Source: an uncultured beta proteobacterium
GTDB taxonomy: Bacteria > Pseudomonadota > Gammaproteobacteria > Burkholderiales > Burkholderiaceae
Assembly (NCBI GenBank): GCA_963838695.1
Contig: CAWIRZ010000048.1
Location: forward strand, 49,053-113,052
Direction: 5' to 3'
DNA length: 64,000 nt
This document shows positions 57,655 through 64,000 of this stretch, piece after piece. Numbering within the stretch: position 1 is the first letter of the stretch; every line of letters starts with the position of its first letter. Below the pieces are notes generated by a model that was given only the letters and a program-made list of their open reading frames with translations, was not told the DNA's origin and did not search any database. The translations under genes and the position numbers were made by a program.

Positions 57655-57738
57655 ATGTCCCAAACGACTCCGCAACAGCCTGTCATTGTGGTCAAACCGC
57701 GTAACCCGCGTCCTGTGCTGATTCCCGTTCACCTGTAG
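57655..57738 (+). CDS. 27-aa Pro-rich peptide MSQTTPQQPVIVVKPRNPRPVLIPVHL (candidate RiPP precursor, or a regulatory leader peptide)
   Basis: Not in the supplied ORF track because it is too short. ATG 57655 sits 4 nt after AGGAGAG, with a TAG stop at 57736-38. It lies directly upstream of three RRE-like/HDO genes on the same strand. Confidence 0.55.
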   Translation: MSQTTPQQPVIVVKPRNPRPVLIPVHL

Positions 57739-57763
57739 GAAATAGTAGGTTCCCGTGAAGGGC

Positions 57764-57791
57764 CGGAGCCATCTGAACAACGATGGCTCCG
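57764..57791 (+). promoter_or_regulatory. 10-bp perfect hairpin between the peptide ORF and the first enzyme gene
   Basis: CGGAGCCATC (57764-73), loop tgaacaac, GATGGCTCCG (57782-91). No U tract follows. Confidence 0.7.
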
Positions 57792-57802
57792 TGCATAGAT
57801 CA

Positions 57803-58816
57803 ATGCGGCCGGAGGAAAGCGTGGATCAAATTATCTCGGATTCCTGTAGATTCCGTTTGAATTCATCGGTTATCTCGAATATGCCGCTCGTCGTCAAAAC
57901 GGCAGCCGGTGACGAGTTTGAAATCGAGGCTGGCGCCATAACGGCGGACGAAACAGCCGGCCTGCTCGGCAGCCTTGCCGAAGACCGCGATGTCGACGAG
58001 ATCGCGGGCCTGCTTCCCACTCGATCGCGTGAGAACGTTCGCACGCTGATGGCCTACTTGGCGGCACACGGAATCGTTCGCCCCGTCGTGCCTTCGACGG
58101 GGAAAACCGGCCTCGATGCGCTGTTGGAAATCGAAGATTTGTCGAACCGATTGCTATACGATACGCTTTACCGAAACGAGTTCTGGGTCAACTGTTCGAA
58201 AGCCGCGAAGCGGGGTGACATCCCGGAGTCGGTCATTTACGGCATGGTCATCGAAAACTATCATTTTCTCTTCCGTGAAAGCTACTTCGATGCCCCGGTG
58301 CTGTCGTTTGTTTCGAATACGAACGTTCGCCTCGCGATGAATGCCTTTTTCGCCGAGGAGTATGGCCACGACGAGTTGCTTCTGAAATCGCTCAATCAAA
58401 TCGGCATCTCGCGAGAAGACTTGGCGCATACAGTGCCGTTGCCGCAGACTATGGCGCTATGCAACAGTCTGGCTTATTGGTCCCACAACGATCCGATATT
58501 TTTCTTCACGACGCTCGGCATCCTTGAAGGAAAGGATATCCGGCAGGATTCATTCCTCGACGCGTCGTACCGCGTCGGCATTGACCCCGATTTTCTGAAG
58601 CCGGTGAAGGCGCACTCCGACATTAATTTGAAGGGCGAGCACGGAAGCCTGACACGGAAGATTTTTTCACAAATCCCGGTGGTCGACGAAGAAACAATGC
58701 GCCGCTTGCGCGCGCAGACACATCTCTTTATCGAGCTATACGACGCTTTCTATTCGGCCGTCTGGCGACACTATTCGCACGCCGGCGAGTTGCTGCGGCA
58801 CATCGATCGCATCTGA
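57803..58816 (+). CDS. HDO-A: haem-oxygenase-like di-iron oxidase (iron-containing redox enzyme family) with a PqqD/RRE-like N-domain
   Basis: Ligand-type motifs 'IENYHF', 'AEEYGHDE', 'GILEGKD' and 'KAHSDINLKGEHG'. The N-domain 'ITADETAGLLGSLAEDRDVDEIAGLL...VRTLMAYLAAHGIV' is PqqD-like. The start is ATG 57803 or GTG 57821 (GGAGGA SD). The track start at 57755 would span the hairpin. Confidence 0.75.
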   Translation: MRPEESVDQIISDSCRFRLNSSVISNMPLVVKTAAGDEFEIEAGAITADETAGLLGSLAEDRDVDEIAGLLPTRSRENVRTLMAYLAAHGIVRPVVPSTGKTGLDALLEIEDLSNRLLYDTLYRNEFWVNCSKAAKRGDIPESVIYGMVIENYHFLFRESYFDAPVLSFVSNTNVRLAMNAFFAEEYGHDELLLKSLNQIGISREDLAHTVPLPQTMALCNSLAYWSHNDPIFFFTTLGILEGKDIRQDSFLDASYRVGIDPDFLKPVKAHSDINLKGEHGSLTRKIFSQIPVVDEETMRRLRAQTHLFIELYDAFYSAVWRHYSHAGELLRHIDRI

Positions 58817-58839
58817 CCATCCTTTGTCGTGAGGGCACC

Positions 58840-59847
58840 ATGCAGGCACCGAGCACGAACGACCTTTTCACTTTTCCGACCTTGCGCACCGGCGTCGAGG
58901 TCGAGAACACGGACGACGGGATTGCACTTATCTACGGCAACCAGTCGTGCGATATTTTCGCCGACGGCGAAACGAAAGAGCCGCTGCGCGCGCTGATCGA
59001 CTCCATGAGAAACGGCCACGCAACCGTCGACGACCTGCGCGCACGGCATCGATCGGTCGCGGCCTCGATTGATCCGCTATTGGAGGAACTGGACCGGCTC
59101 GGACTCGTCACCGAGTCGAAATTCGAGTGGCCCACCGATGTGCGCTCGGGACCGGAATTCAACGCACGCATTCGAGACCTGGCGGTCCGGGCCATGCGCT
59201 CACGCTGCAATTCGCGCCTATTCTCGATGATGGAAGACGGGTCGCTGACGCGCGAAATGCTCATCGGCTACGCGCTCGAATATTACTACTTGGTGCGCGA
59301 GGCGCCCGGACTCATCGCGCCGGCAATCTCGCAAGCCGACAGCCGGAGGAACCGGCAGGCCATTCAGCGCTTTCTCGTATCGGAGCTCGATCACGACTTG
59401 ATGTTGGCCGAGAGCCTGAAGGCGGCGGGCATCGACACATCGGACGGCAAGCTAGACTACCTGGTGCCGCTTCCCTCCACGTTCGCGCTGTGTGCAGCGC
59501 TTGGCGTATACGCGAAACAGCATCCGCTATCGTTCAAGAGCATTCTCTTCCTCTTCGAAATTCCCAGCATACGTTTTAACGAAACGCTCACCGCGCACTG
59601 CGAGAAGGTGGGGCTGCCGAAGGCTTTTTCGACACCGTTGCTCACTCATGCCAACATCAACGATTCGCTTGACCACGAAGACGTCACGGCCGAGCTGCTG
59701 AGCGACTTGACGGCCATCTCGCGTGAAGAGCAGCTCGTTGTCGAAAAGAACGTCGTGCTCGCCATCGAAACGATGGTCCAGCAGGAAGAAGAGATCATCG
59801 ACTATTACGGGCGGCCGAACGCTGTCATTCCCCGCATTTTTCAGTAA
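58840..59847 (+). CDS. HDO-B: paralogous RRE-like plus haem-oxygenase-like di-iron oxidase
   Basis: Motifs 'ALEYYYL', 'VSELDHDL', 'FLFEIPS' and 'LTHANINDSLDHED'. N-domain 'ETKEPLRALIDSMRNGHATVDDLRARH...IDPLLEELDRLGLV'. Confidence 0.8.
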   Translation: MQAPSTNDLFTFPTLRTGVEVENTDDGIALIYGNQSCDIFADGETKEPLRALIDSMRNGHATVDDLRARHRSVAASIDPLLEELDRLGLVTESKFEWPTDVRSGPEFNARIRDLAVRAMRSRCNSRLFSMMEDGSLTREMLIGYALEYYYLVREAPGLIAPAISQADSRRNRQAIQRFLVSELDHDLMLAESLKAAGIDTSDGKLDYLVPLPSTFALCAALGVYAKQHPLSFKSILFLFEIPSIRFNETLTAHCEKVGLPKAFSTPLLTHANINDSLDHEDVTAELLSDLTAISREEQLVVEKNVVLAIETMVQQEEEIIDYYGRPNAVIPRIFQ

Positions 59848-59869
59848 CTTCGAAGACAGAGGGCAATCC

Positions 59870-61360
59870 ATGGAAGCCTGGCAGATTCGCCGTTACGACA
59901 TGCCGTGCCTGGTCCCGTTATCGGCTCAGCTCGATGAAGATGGCCGGACCGTCGTGCTGACCGCGGAATCGAACGAATACGAGATCGCGTCCAACGAAGT
60001 CGATGGTCAGCAACTGCTCGAAAGTCTCCTTGCGATGACGGATCCCAACGCGCAGATCTGGGTGGATGTCAATGACGGTCACGCCTTGCCTTGGCAAGCG
60101 TCGCTGGTGCAGCAGCTCGACGAGCTGTCGCTGGTGCAGAGCAAGCCTGCCGATCAAGACATTCTGGACGAGCGCGCCGCGCTCTGCGAACGATGGGTTC
60201 AAGATGCGGAGCAAACGCTGGCGGGCATGGCGAAAGCACAAACCGAAGCCTATCGAAGCGCTATTTCCGCCTTCATCCAAATCCTCGATACCCCGCCGCC
60301 GCAAGTGGATGCATGCTCGGTCGCGGACGTTCCCCGCATCGGGGGCCGCGATAACTTCGCCCTGCAGACGTTCTTTCTCCAGAAACTCTACGTCGAAGAG
60401 AACCTGCCGGTCGTGGTGTCGCTATGGCGACAGGTTTTGCATCGGACCGGGTCTCGCCTCGGCATGACGTTCGGCGATTCAGCCTCGCCGCCTCGGGCGG
60501 CTGCGACGAGTATCGGACTCTATTGCACGGCGCACATCCAAGCCTATCTCATGTGCCTCGTCGATCTCGTCCGTCTTGCCACGACCGACGATTCCGCTCG
60601 TCGTATCTACGCAGACGCGCCGCACCTCAGTGTCGAAACCGGCCTCAATTTTATGCGGCGCGCCGAGCAATTCGCGCTCTCGTGCCTCGCTCGACTTGGC
60701 CAGTCGCGCTATGTCGCGATGATCAACGACGAGTCCACCCGATTTGGCCCGCTCGTGCAGGGACTCTTCATCGAGCAATATCACGTGACGCAGCGCTTCG
60801 TGGAAATCATCGCGCCGCTCATGACCAAGCGTACCCGCTCCGCGATCAAGCAACGCGTCTATCGTTACTTTCAGGAGGAGCTTGGGCACGAGGCATTCGA
60901 ACACGCCACGTGCGTCGCGCTCGGCGTTACCCCCCTGCGACTCGACGCGGCATTGCCGCTACCGCTTTTTCAGGCTTACGTCGACGCATTCACCGTCCTT
61001 GGCCGTTACGACGCGATTGGCTACATGAGCTCGATCATGGTCACGGAAGGGATGCTCGGCGTCGACAATCCGGTCCACCATCGCCTTGAAGCGCTCGCGT
61101 CTTCGCTCGTCGACTATCAGCGAGTCGCGAAGCGACACGACGACCTGAACGTCGAATTGAATCACGCCTCGTTGTCGCGATTGTTCTTCGAAGAAGTGCG
61201 CGCCATCTCACCTGAGGCGCAGCAGCGCGCGCTGGCAAATTTGGCATTTCTCATCGAGCTGAACTTCCGCGCGATGGACCAGGTCGCTGATTTTTACGGA
61301 GCCCAACGCGAACTGACCACGTGTTCTCTCTCGACCTATGCGACAGCTTTCGCGCCATGA
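59870..61360 (+). CDS. HDO-C: third paralog, longer (RRE-like N-domain, helical insert, HDO core)
   Basis: ATG 59870 is preceded by AGAGGG. Motifs 'FIEQYHV', 'FQEELGHEA', 'MVTEGML' and 'KRHDDLNVELNHAS'. N-domain 'VDGQQLLESLLAMTDPNAQIW...LVQQLDELSLV'. Confidence 0.8.
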   Translation: MEAWQIRRYDMPCLVPLSAQLDEDGRTVVLTAESNEYEIASNEVDGQQLLESLLAMTDPNAQIWVDVNDGHALPWQASLVQQLDELSLVQSKPADQDILDERAALCERWVQDAEQTLAGMAKAQTEAYRSAISAFIQILDTPPPQVDACSVADVPRIGGRDNFALQTFFLQKLYVEENLPVVVSLWRQVLHRTGSRLGMTFGDSASPPRAAATSIGLYCTAHIQAYLMCLVDLVRLATTDDSARRIYADAPHLSVETGLNFMRRAEQFALSCLARLGQSRYVAMINDESTRFGPLVQGLFIEQYHVTQRFVEIIAPLMTKRTRSAIKQRVYRYFQEELGHEAFEHATCVALGVTPLRLDAALPLPLFQAYVDAFTVLGRYDAIGYMSSIMVTEGMLGVDNPVHHRLEALASSLVDYQRVAKRHDDLNVELNHASLSRLFFEEVRAISPEAQQRALANLAFLIELNFRAMDQVADFYGAQRELTTCSLSTYATAFAP

Positions 61361-62631
61361 GAGATCAAGCGACGGAGGCCGACGCGTACGAGCTTTTCGT
61401 TAACCCGGCTTGGTCGAACATCGTTCGGCTAGCCGGTCTCGACATGCAACCGGTACGTGCGTCCGGTAGCTGGCTGTGCCTGCGCGACGGACGGCAAATG
61501 CTCGACTTCGTGTCCGGCTACGGTGCCATGCCGCTCGGGCATCATCCCTCGGCACTGCTCGAACGTTTGGGCCGCGACTTACTCGGCCCATTGCCGAATC
61601 TCAATCCGCTCGGCATCTGTGCTGATGCCGGCGTGTTGGCCGGGCAGCTCATCGAGCTTGCCGGCATACCTGACGGCAAGGTGTTTTTTGGCAACGGAGG
61701 CGTCGATGCAGTCGAAGCGGCGCTGAAGTTTGCAATGGTGCATACGCGGCGCTCCGGCATCGTGACCATTGCGGGCGGCTTTCACGGCCTGTCGTTGACG
61801 GCGACATGGCTGGCGGGTTCCGATTTCTGGCGTCGAGATTTACCGGCTGCACCCGCTCAGTTCCGGCAGGTGCCGTTCGGCGATACCGAAGCGATCCGTG
61901 TCATGCTCGAGCGCGAGGAAGTGGCCGCGGTCCTACTCGAACCCGTTCAGGGAACCGCCGGCGCGCGCGCCTGGAAACAGTCCGACTTGAAAAGGATTGC
62001 CGACTTGTGCGACGAGCACGGAACGGTGCTGATTTTTGACGAGATCCTTTGTGGCTTGGGGCGAACGGGAGACTGGTTCGCCTACCAGACGCTCGACGTC
62101 CCCGCGCCGCAGATGGTGCTCGTATCGAAGGGCCTGACAGGCGGCGTTTTTCCGGTTTCCGCCGTCTTGATGCAAGACGTCATCTATCAATCGATGTTCG
62201 CGCGAGACAATGCCGCCAAAATTCATGGCTCTACGTTTGGTGGCAACCGACTTGGCATGCGATGCGGTTCGCATGTGCTTTCGCTCCTGCGCGAGTACGA
62301 CGTTTGCTCGAACGCGCGAAGGCAGGGCGACCGCCTGCGTAGCGGCATCGAGCGGATAGGTTTGCCGGCTGGGCTTGTCTGCGAAGGGGTGGGCCTCGTG
62401 CTGTCGATTCGTGCCACGGACGACTGCGCGCAGCGCTTCGGCGACGACGTCGCCGCTCGGCTTTGGCATGCTTTGCTCGCGCAAAACATCGTCACGATTC
62501 CCGCAGCACACGATCCGATGTCGGTGCGGCTGCTGCCGCCGTTGAACGTAACGTCGGGGGAAATCGACCTGTTTCTGGCTGCATTCGATAACGCCGTTCA
62601 CGAATTGACGATCGGCCAGGAGGCGAGATGA
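61357..62631 (+). CDS. class-III PLP-dependent aminotransferase
   Basis: 'NGGVDAVEAALKFA', 'FDEILCGLGRTGDWFA', 'VSKGLTGGVFPVSA' (PLP Lys) and 'HGSTFGGN'. Its ATG overlaps the HDO-C stop (ATGA). Confidence 0.85.
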   Translation: MRDQATEADAYELFVNPAWSNIVRLAGLDMQPVRASGSWLCLRDGRQMLDFVSGYGAMPLGHHPSALLERLGRDLLGPLPNLNPLGICADAGVLAGQLIELAGIPDGKVFFGNGGVDAVEAALKFAMVHTRRSGIVTIAGGFHGLSLTATWLAGSDFWRRDLPAAPAQFRQVPFGDTEAIRVMLEREEVAAVLLEPVQGTAGARAWKQSDLKRIADLCDEHGTVLIFDEILCGLGRTGDWFAYQTLDVPAPQMVLVSKGLTGGVFPVSAVLMQDVIYQSMFARDNAAKIHGSTFGGNRLGMRCGSHVLSLLREYDVCSNARRQGDRLRSGIERIGLPAGLVCEGVGLVLSIRATDDCAQRFGDDVAARLWHALLAQNIVTIPAAHDPMSVRLLPPLNVTSGEIDLFLAAFDNAVHELTIGQEAR

Positions 62632-63542
62632 AGGTAAGACATATTTTGTTGGCCACGCTTGTCGCGGCAATCTGGGGCCTCAGTTTCGTCGTGGTAGCGA
62701 TCGGCTTGCGGGGGTGCCCGCCACTGCTTCTGGCAGCCCTGCGTTTCGTGATCGTATTTGCATTTGGCGTCATGTTGTTTCCGCGCCCCACGTTGCCTTG
62801 GAAACTTTACCTACGAGCAGGTCTTTGCCTGGGCGTCATCCAGTTTGCGAGCTTGTTTTCCGCTATCCACCTGGGCGTTCCGGCGGGCATCGTATCGGTG
62901 CTCGCACAGATGCAGGTATTCATCACGCTGCTGTTGTCGGGCGTCGTCTTGAAGGAATCGTCTTCCCCAACGCAGCAGAGGATGATGGCGCTTGCCCTGC
63001 TGGGTGTGCTATTGCTAGGCTACGCACGGTATCACGCTACGCTTCCGCTCGCCCCGGTCGGGCTCGCGCTCCTCGGAGCGGCTGGCTTCGCCTGGGGAAA
63101 TATCGAATTGAAGCGTGCGGGGAAAGTCGACATGTTCGCTTTCACGGTTTGGATGAGCATCGTCCCACCGATACCGTTGCTGTTTCTTTCCATGCTGGTC
63201 GAAGGAGGGCCGACGGGATTGTTCGACGCGCTGAAGCACCTGTCCTGGACCAGCGTATTTGCTCTGTTCTTCCTTGCGATAATCGGTACGCTGTTTTCGC
63301 TCGGAGCCTGGGGGCGGCTGATGAGCCTATATCCGGTTGCGGTGGTCGCGCCGTTCTCCCTGGTGAGCCCAGTTTTCGGTATGTTGGGTGGGTACTTTAT
63401 ACTGAACGAGCACTATGACACGGTGAGCGTTATCGCTTCGGGCTTGATCGTCTTCGCACTCGCCGGGAATACTTATGCGTCGAGGATCAATCAGCGTAAC
63501 GTCAGCGCTCGACGGTCGGCGGCCTCAACTCTGAAGAGCTAA
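62628..63542 (+). CDS. EamA/DMT-family transporter (likely exporter)
   Basis: 10-TM-type pattern. 'LLATLVAAIWGLSFVVV' and a duplicated EamA-like half. Its ATG overlaps the aminotransferase stop (ATGA). Confidence 0.85.
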   Translation: MKVRHILLATLVAAIWGLSFVVVAIGLRGCPPLLLAALRFVIVFAFGVMLFPRPTLPWKLYLRAGLCLGVIQFASLFSAIHLGVPAGIVSVLAQMQVFITLLLSGVVLKESSSPTQQRMMALALLGVLLLGYARYHATLPLAPVGLALLGAAGFAWGNIELKRAGKVDMFAFTVWMSIVPPIPLLFLSMLVEGGPTGLFDALKHLSWTSVFALFFLAIIGTLFSLGAWGRLMSLYPVAVVAPFSLVSPVFGMLGGYFILNEHYDTVSVIASGLIVFALAGNTYASRINQRNVSARRSAASTLKS

Positions 63543-63545
63543 AAA

Positions 63546-64000
63546 ATGACGATCGACGCATTACGCATATCGAGCGATAAAAGCGAACTGGATATCGATG
63601 TCATTCACGCTTTTCTCCGCGATCATGCTGCGTGGGCGAAGGGTATTCCCAGGGAAACCCTCGAGCGTGCGATCGAAGGGTCGCTCTGCTTCGGCGCGTA
63701 TCTGGGCAAGCGCCAGATCGGCTTTGCTCGCGTCGTGACGGATATGGCCACGTTCGGCTATCTCTGTGACGTATTCGTCCTGCCGGAATACCGATCGCGC
63801 GGTTATGCGGCCGCGCTGATGCGTCACGTCTTCGACGCTGATCTGCTCAAAGGGCTCCGCAGGATCGTTCTCGTCACGACGGATGCACACGGTGTCTACC
63901 GCCCGCATGGGTTCAACGCGCTGGCCAACCCCGAGCGGTATATGGAGCTGCATCGGCCCGACGTCTACGCGTCGTCCAGCTGTGTTGAGCTTGAGCGTCC
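63546..64000 (+). CDS. GNAT-family N-acetyltransferase (3' end outside the window)
   Basis: My own translation gives 'MTIDALRISSDKSELDIDVIHAFL...IGFARVVTDMATFGYLCDVFVLPEYRSRGYAAALMRHV...'. It is absent from the track because no stop lies inside the window. It starts 3 nt after the EamA stop. Confidence 0.75.
   Translation, partial: MTIDALRISSDKSELDIDVIHAFLRDHAAWAKGIPRETLERAIEGSLCFGAYLGKRQIGFARVVTDMATFGYLCDVFVLPEYRSRGYAAALMRHVFDADLLKGLRRIVLVTTDAHGVYRPHGFNALANPERYMELHRPDVYASSSCVELER

Noticed and set aside
57755-57802. GTG 57755 as the start of HDO-A
   Set aside because: It would place the perfect 10-bp hairpin (57764-91) inside the coding region. The better candidates are ATG 57803 and GTG 57821 (GGAGGA SD).
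59723-59869. Track start 59723 for HDO-C
   Set aside because: It would overlap HDO-B by 125 nt and would add a Ser/Lys/Arg-rich nonsense leader. ATG 59870 has an AGAGGG SD and follows the HDO-B stop by 22 nt.
63561-63953. 130-aa minus-strand ORF in the track
   Set aside because: It is antisense to a much better plus-strand GNAT reading frame (63546 to the window end) with clear acetyltransferase motifs. It is a shadow ORF.
1-64000. Search for tRNA, rRNA, IS elements, integrases, and prophage or conjugation genes
   Set aside because: None was recognised by eye on either strand. The idea that 56.8-64 kb is acquired DNA therefore rests only on composition and the toxin relic.

Overview
High-GC chromosomal segment. 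Gene content and composition suggest Burkholderiaceae, but that is inference only. I support about 55 protein-coding genes. I recognised no rRNA, tRNA, CRISPR array, IS element, transposase or integrase.

Left to right:
- LysR regulator 3' end.
- An OmpW-linked operon with two paralogous lipoproteins and a small 4-Cys secreted protein.
- argO/argP divergent pair, XRE-cupin regulator, DUF72.
- A frameshifted POT peptide transporter and an OprD-type porin.
- TetR, J-domain protein, SDR.
- A deletion scar joining remnants of a transporter and a sigma54 activator.
- H-NS, then a nupC-cdd-nucleoside hydrolase operon.
- TetR plus an EmrAB-like efflux pair.
- GT4 glycosyltransferase and galU.
- Tat-secreted phospholipase C, an HU protein with a histone-H1-like tail, a di-haem cytochrome c peroxidase, and AcpA-type acid phosphatase.
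- A Fic-fold protein with a degenerate active site, and a porin broken by two frameshifts.
- YihY/BrkB, GNAT, YafY/WYL regulator, VOC protein, a TsdB/TsdA-like cytochrome pair, a glycine-zipper protein.
- An AraC-regulated sugar/polyol ABC-SDR-FGGY kinase operon, and a His-rich CDF metal exporter.

Two regions stand out.
1. 57.5-64.0 kb is a visibly AT-richer, tightly coupled operon. It starts with a sigma70-like promoter and a structured leader, then a 27-codon Pro-rich ORF with a strong SD and a 10-bp hairpin. Three paralogous proteins follow, each pairing a PqqD/RRE-like N-domain with a haem-oxygenase-like di-iron oxidase core. A class-III PLP aminotransferase, an EamA exporter and a GNAT complete it. 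This is a candidate new RiPP-type or PQQ-analogous pathway.
2. 52.6-56.8 kb is a four-gene operon. It encodes a MotA/ExbB-like channel protein with a roughly 470-aa helical tail, a MotB/OmpA-like partner with the conserved TM aspartate, and two uncharacterised proteins. The stator-plus-tail architecture resembles Zorya, but no recognisable effector is present.

At least five genes in the window are disrupted by frameshift or deletion. This points to either genome erosion or assembly indel errors.
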